A stretch of 64,000 nt of DNA from Candidatus Cloacimonadales bacterium. GTDB lineage: Bacteria; Cloacimonadota; Cloacimonadia; Cloacimonadales; JAIOQZ01. How positions within the stretch are numbered: position 1 is the stretch's first letter; each line of letters opens with the position of its first letter. The DNA is taken from the NCBI GenBank assembly GCA_963674825.1, contig OY771587.1, positions 256,001 to 320,000 on the forward strand, given 5' to 3'. The notes under the pieces are model-generated. The model was not told where the DNA came from. It searched no databases and was given only the letters and a program-made list of their open reading frames with translations. Below, piece after piece: positions 59,505-64,000 of this stretch. Both the position numbers and the translations under genes were made by a program.

Positions 59505-60415
59505 AGCATACCCTCGCTGAAGCAACCTCGCTGTTTATGCGGCACATGAAAGCTGGTGGCCTGTCGCAACACACTATTTCCGCATACGGCAAAGACCTCG
59601 AGCAACTCGATGAATTCCTGACTCACTTCTTCGAAGACGGCGTACCGGTGCTTACTGCTATCGACCGTCACATGGTGCGCGACTTCCTGCGCCACATGAG
59701 TGAAAACGAGCGTTCCAACCGTACTTTAGCACGTAAGACGACCACCATTCGCTCGTTCTTCAAATTCTGCATCGCCAACAGCTATATCAACGACAATCCC
59801 ACTGCAGGTATGCCGACGCCCAAGTTCGGAAAGAAGCTGCCAAAGTTTTTCAGCGAAGAGCAGATTCGTAAGCTCCTGGAGCTACCCGATCTCACCTCGA
59901 AATTCGGGATCCGCAATCGCGCGATCCTCGAGCTGCTCTATTCCTGCGGTATGCGTATCAGCGAAATCGGAGAGGCGACCATATCGCAAGTCGATCTCCA
60001 GCGGGAAATGATTCGCATCATCGGTAAGGGCAACAAAGAGCGGATCGTACCGATCGGGCAATGGGCATGCGCTGCGATACGGAGCTATCTGAAGGTTCGG
60101 CCAAAGTTCGAGAGCGACGATAGCGGCGATACGCTGTTCCTCTCCAAAAGCGGCAAGCCTCTGACTGGCGACGAACTTCGGGAGATCCTCGATCGCTACA
60201 TCATGCTGGTGGCTGATACGAAAGGCTATTCGCCACACTCACTGCGGCATTCGTTTGCGACCCATCTGCTCTCTCACGGCGCTGACCTCAAGGCTGTCCA
60301 GGAGATGCTCGGGCACAGCAACCTCTCCACCACCGAGATCTACACCCATCTCACCATTGAAGACTTGCAGAAGGAATACATGCAAGCACACCCGCGTAGC
60401 CGCAAGGATGATTGA
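59501..60415 (+). CDS. xerC: Tyrosine recombinase XerC/XerD family
   Basis: T..AY..DL, LYSCGMRISE, GKGNKER.VP, HSLRHSFATH, LGH..LSTT.IY. Confidence 0.88.
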   Translation: MKHTLAEATSLFMRHMKAGGLSQHTISAYGKDLEQLDEFLTHFFEDGVPVLTAIDRHMVRDFLRHMSENERSNRTLARKTTTIRSFFKFCIANSYINDNPTAGMPTPKFGKKLPKFFSEEQIRKLLELPDLTSKFGIRNRAILELLYSCGMRISEIGEATISQVDLQREMIRIIGKGNKERIVPIGQWACAAIRSYLKVRPKFESDDSGDTLFLSKSGKPLTGDELREILDRYIMLVADTKGYSPHSLRHSFATHLLSHGADLKAVQEMLGHSNLSTTEIYTHLTIEDLQKEYMQAHPRSRKDD

Positions 60416-60432
60416 TAAAGGAAATTCCTACA

Positions 60433-60641
60433 ACACCCAACATAAGTAGCCCACGGTGTAAACCGTGAGATCCAAACGCGACAATTGTAATAAAACACCC
60501 ACGGTATTGTTCTCTATATACCATGAGTTGAAGATCAATCACACCCAACATATTTAGCCCACGGTGTAAACCGTGGGCCCCCAACGCAACAATTGCAATA
60601 AAAACACCCACGGTTCACACCGTGGGCTAATGATGTTATCG
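60433..60641. repeat. REP/REPIN doublet: two tandem ~108-bp units, each with two REP-like hairpins
   Basis: GTAG/TTAG-CCCACGG-TGT(A/G)AA-CCGTG(A/G)G at 60446-60469 (+), 60554-60577 (+) and 60607-60630 (-); degenerate copy from 60498. Confidence 0.8.
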
Positions 60642-60649
60642 TAGAAAGA

Positions 60650-61063
60650 TCATGAACCAGATAGATACTTCTCGCATTCTTCCTGGAGGGTCATTTGCCT
60701 GTGGTGCTCTTGCTGGTTACGGATATATCTTGAAACGACATATACATTTGATCTGCTGACACTGAATGCCGCATACCCTTTCTGCCACTCGAACTCCGCA
60801 TTATAATTCTCTCGGAACCATCTGCTCGAATTACTTTTGATAGTTCGAACGCAATCGATCAAACTCTTGTCTTTTGGTAAAGCAAACAGAATATGTACGT
60901 GATCCTCGTCGCCGCCTGCAGCTAATAACTTACCGGAGATATTCTCAATAATCCCATTGATGTATCTGCATATATCTATCAAGCTATCCTCAATCAAATA
61001 TCTTCTTCGATTTTTTGTCGAGAAGATCAGATGGATCGTCACATTCGTATAGGATCTGCTCAT
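60650..61063 (-). mobile_element. tnpA: HUH Y1 transposase, IS200/IS605 TnpA or REP-associated (RAYT-like)
   Basis: HLIFSTKNR, DHVHIL (HUH), IKSNSS, WQKGY..FSVS, YIRNQ..HH; low GC; adjacent REP hairpins. Confidence 0.88.
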
Positions 61064-62325
61064 TCACCCTTCTTCTTGCTGTCAATCTCCTCGGCGATGT
61101 AATTTTTCATACCGAAGCTGAGCGGTGGCTTATCCACCGGCCGATACTTGTAATCACCAGACCGGCAATCACCGATACGGATCACGCTGTCGCCAAAGCG
61201 CTTTTTCAGGACATCCACCGCCTCAGCCATCCTGACTTTCTTTTCGTCGAAATCCGGGAATATTCTGAGCTGTAGGGGCTCCTCATCGAAGGACAGATTC
61301 GTTACACCAACTCCGACAAGTCGAAGCCGCGCCGGCTCAAAGTGAACCTTGTCAAACAGTCGAATGATTTCACTATAAAGGTCGGTCTCGAAGAAAATCT
61401 TGTGATCCAGCGTCTGATGATACTGATGCGTCTCGAAGCCATGCGTGCGCAGCGTTAGCCGTACGGTACGCGCTACAGCACCGTGCTTGCGCATGCGAAA
61501 AGCCACTTTGTGAACAAGGGATAGCAGCACTTTTTTGAGAAAGACGCGGTTGTTTGTCGCCTCGAAGAGCGTCGTTTCATTGCTAATTGATTTCGGTTTG
61601 TCCGCTTCGCGTTGCGCGACCACCTCCGAATTGTCCTTGCCGCTCGCCAGGTCTCGAAGATGATAACCCATCACACCGAATTTCCGCGTCAGTACTTCGA
61701 TGGGAAACTGCGCCAATTGTCCCGCAGTGAAGATGCCCAGAAGATTGAGCTTCTCGGTTGTCTTGGGTCCTACGCCGAAGAGTTGCTGCACAGGTAGGTC
61801 TTTCAAGAGATTTTCGATGTCCTGAGGATGGATGATGTAGAGTCCATCCGGTTTGGCCAGTCTGCTGGCGAGCTTGGCGAGCGTCTTGTTTGGTGCGATG
61901 CCAACCGAACTGGGCAATTGAAGTTCATCCCGTATCGCGCCACGAATTCCCTCGCCGATAGCCTCAAGCGAGCCGAAAAGCTTTTCACACCCGGACAGAT
62001 CCAGGAACATCTCATCGACAGAAAAGGGCTCGACAACAGGCGAAAAGCGGTTGCAGATTTCCACGATCTTCATGGAAGCATAGACGTATTTTCCGTGGCT
62101 GCCGGAGATGTAGATTCCATTGGGGCAAAGTCTTCGGGCATCGAGCACAGACATCCCAGAATGGCAGCCGTACTTCCGAGCCTCATAGGAACAGGTAGTG
62201 ACCACTCCCTTCTGCGAGTGGGAGCCGGCAATCAACACAGGCTTGCCGCGAAGCTGCGGGTTGTCTCTGATCTCGATCGACGCGAAGAAAGCATCCATAT
62301 CGATCAGCGCGATGTAACGTTGCAT
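61060..62325 (-). CDS. dinB: DNA polymerase IV (Y-family)
   Basis: IDMDAFFASIE, SYEARKYG, SVDE, GIAPNKTLAKLAS..AKP, RLVGVG. Confidence 0.95.
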   Translation of the reverse strand: MQRYIALIDMDAFFASIEIRDNPQLRGKPVLIAGSHSQKGVVTTCSYEARKYGCHSGMSVLDARRLCPNGIYISGSHGKYVYASMKIVEICNRFSPVVEPFSVDEMFLDLSGCEKLFGSLEAIGEGIRGAIRDELQLPSSVGIAPNKTLAKLASRLAKPDGLYIIHPQDIENLLKDLPVQQLFGVGPKTTEKLNLLGIFTAGQLAQFPIEVLTRKFGVMGYHLRDLASGKDNSEVVAQREADKPKSISNETTLFEATNNRVFLKKVLLSLVHKVAFRMRKHGAVARTVRLTLRTHGFETHQYHQTLDHKIFFETDLYSEIIRLFDKVHFEPARLRLVGVGVTNLSFDEEPLQLRIFPDFDEKKVRMAEAVDVLKKRFGDSVIRIGDCRSGDYKYRPVDKPPLSFGMKNYIAEEIDSKKKGE

Positions 62326-62488
62326 GTTCGGATCCTGTTTCGACTGGTAAAAATGTATCAACCCCACGGGTAGTAAAATTGCCCGTGCCCAGACTGTCAA
62401 TTGAAATATTCTTGACTGAATTGAGCCCGGATTACCGTTTTAATTTACGCACCAGATGATTATCGATGAACTTTTTCTGGGAGAATTC

Positions 62489-63781
62489 ATGAAAAAAATT
62501 GAGGAACTGCAGGAAGAACTGAAATCGTCAGAGGGTATCAAGCGACTTGAAATCCTGAATTCACTCTGCTATGAGTGCTGGTACAGCAACCCTGAATTAG
62601 GCGCTCGCTACGGTAAAGAGACGATCGAACTCGCGAAGTCGCTCGATATGCCATTGTACATAGCCAAAGGACACTACTATACTGCGGTCAACCTCGTACA
62701 GAATGGAGAACCGGAAGCAGCGATCGACCACGGACTCAAGTCACTATGGCTTTATGAAGAAGCGCAGAACGACGAAGGTATCGGCGACGCGCTCAGCAAT
62801 CTGGGGATGATCTATAAGTCCATCGGTCAGATCGATAAGGCGATAGATTACATGTTGCAGACGATCCCTTACTATCATAGCCCTGAAACCAAGCCGCATC
62901 TTCGCAACACCTACAACAACATCGGTACCTGCTATCAGGATCTCAACCAACTTTCAGAAGCCAAGAAATTCCTTAACATCGCCCTCGACCTCTCCCGCGA
63001 TATCGGAGATGACCGTTTTACAGCGCGAATCATCAATAACTTTGGCATCATGCACGCCGTTGAAGGCGACATGGCTGGCGCAATCAATTATTTTAACCAT
63101 GCCATCGAGATCAAGAAGAAGCTGGATGATAAAACCGGCATTATCTCCACCCTGCACAACCTGGGCTCCTGCTGCATGCGCATCGAAGATTATTCCGGCA
63201 CCGAAGAGTATTACAGACAAGCTCTGGAGCTTTCGGAGGAACTGAACGCAAAGGACTTTATATGGCGATGCCAGTACTCATTTTTCGAGCTATATAACAA
63301 GCAGAATCTCAAGGATAAAGCGCTCGAATATCTGCTCAAGGCAACAGCGCTGAAAGAACAGGTTATAAACGAAAAAAGCAATCAACGTATCCTGGAACTT
63401 CATGCGAAATATGAGAACGAAAAGAAGGATCGAGAAGCCGAGATCTACAGGCTGCGCAATATCGAACTCGCCGAGGCCAACCGCAAGCTAAAAAAGACGC
63501 AGGACGAACTGATCGAGCTCGAGAAAAAGAGCGCTGTTCTGGCGATGGCGGTCACGGCTAATCATGAGATCAATCAACCGCTGATGGTCTGCCGCGGAAA
63601 CCTCGAGATGCTTGATGATTCCCTCAACGACCCCAGTCCGAATCAACGACGCTATCTGCAACGAATCTCACAGGGACTCGATAAGATCAAGGCAATTCTC
63701 GAAGCCTTCCGGCGCGAAAACATCCGCTACGAAAGCTACAGTGACGACGTCCAGATGGTCATTTTCGAGGGTGACGAATAA
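62489..63781 (+). CDS. TPR-repeat protein with C-terminal HisKA-like domain and no ATPase domain
   Basis: TPR units (LSNLG, YNNIG, INNFG, LHNLG), coiled coil, AVTANHEINQPL. Confidence 0.8.
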   Translation: MKKIEELQEELKSSEGIKRLEILNSLCYECWYSNPELGARYGKETIELAKSLDMPLYIAKGHYYTAVNLVQNGEPEAAIDHGLKSLWLYEEAQNDEGIGDALSNLGMIYKSIGQIDKAIDYMLQTIPYYHSPETKPHLRNTYNNIGTCYQDLNQLSEAKKFLNIALDLSRDIGDDRFTARIINNFGIMHAVEGDMAGAINYFNHAIEIKKKLDDKTGIISTLHNLGSCCMRIEDYSGTEEYYRQALELSEELNAKDFIWRCQYSFFELYNKQNLKDKALEYLLKATALKEQVINEKSNQRILELHAKYENEKKDREAEIYRLRNIELAEANRKLKKTQDELIELEKKSAVLAMAVTANHEINQPLMVCRGNLEMLDDSLNDPSPNQRRYLQRISQGLDKIKAILEAFRRENIRYESYSDDVQMVIFEGDE

Positions 63782-63788
63782 CCGCACC

Positions 63789-64000
63789 ATGCAAGATTTC
63801 ACACTAACAGCTAACATTGTCGACGTCGTGCAGGGGACAATCAATCCCGGTACAATCCATATTCTCGACGGCATCATCCGCTCGATCGAACCTTATCACG
63901 GATCCTGCGACCGAACCATCCTCCCTGGACTCATCGACGCACATGTTCATATCGAAAGCTCCATGACGCTTCCCGCCGCTTTCGGCGCTGCCGCTGCGGT
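63789..64000 (+). CDS. ade: Adenine deaminase, truncated by the window end
   Basis: Manual translation MQDFTLTANIVDVVQG...ILPGLIDAHVHIESSMTLP. Confidence 0.85.
   Translation, partial: MQDFTLTANIVDVVQGTINPGTIHILDGIIRSIEPYHGSCDRTILPGLIDAHVHIESSMTLPAAFGAAAA

Noticed and set aside
60351..60611. 86-aa minus-strand ORF with a repeated IVA.G.HGLHRGL peptide
   Set aside because: It is the translation of the duplicated REP units and overlaps xerC antisense
60433..60641. Repeats as a CRISPR array
   Set aside because: Copies alternate in orientation, the intervening sequences are duplicated rather than unique spacers, and there are no cas genes
59501..60641. xerC plus hairpins (ACCCAAC...GTT) as an integron with attC sites
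   Set aside because: The recombinase shows no IntI-type insertion and sits in a housekeeping operon; the right ends do not fit GTTRRRY and no cassette ORFs lie between the units

Overview
Ordinary chromosomal window of about 52% GC from a diderm, probably anaerobic bacterium. The secreted proteins (YPNPFNP...FNIKGQ C-terminal domain, FnIII/PKD/FG-GAP repeats) suggest Cloacimonadota or a related FCB lineage; this is inference. Housekeeping content: malY, two ttcA-like genes, Rrf2-sbp-cysTWA, mazG, nnrE/D, tamAB, rsmF, tldD/pmbA, metG, ileS2, comM/dprA, ltaE, aroC, aroDE, xerC, dinB and ade. I saw no tRNA, rRNA, CRISPR array or prophage. The features most worth following up are: (1) a two-pass membrane 'non-RD' Ser/Thr kinase-LRR-FGE/CLec receptor translationally coupled to TamA-TamB and a second Omp85-like protein; (2) a low-GC HUH/Y1 (RAYT-like) transposase translationally coupled to dinB and followed by a REP/REPIN doublet; (3) a 57-aa basic CxxC..CxxC protein absent from the ORF track; (4) back-to-back fusion enzymes AroC-chorismate mutase and AroD-AroE; (5) an IleRS2 with a non-canonical GVHH signature; (6) a candidate structured 5' leader upstream of a GNAT-racemase pair. 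All product calls come from motif recognition by eye; no searches were run.
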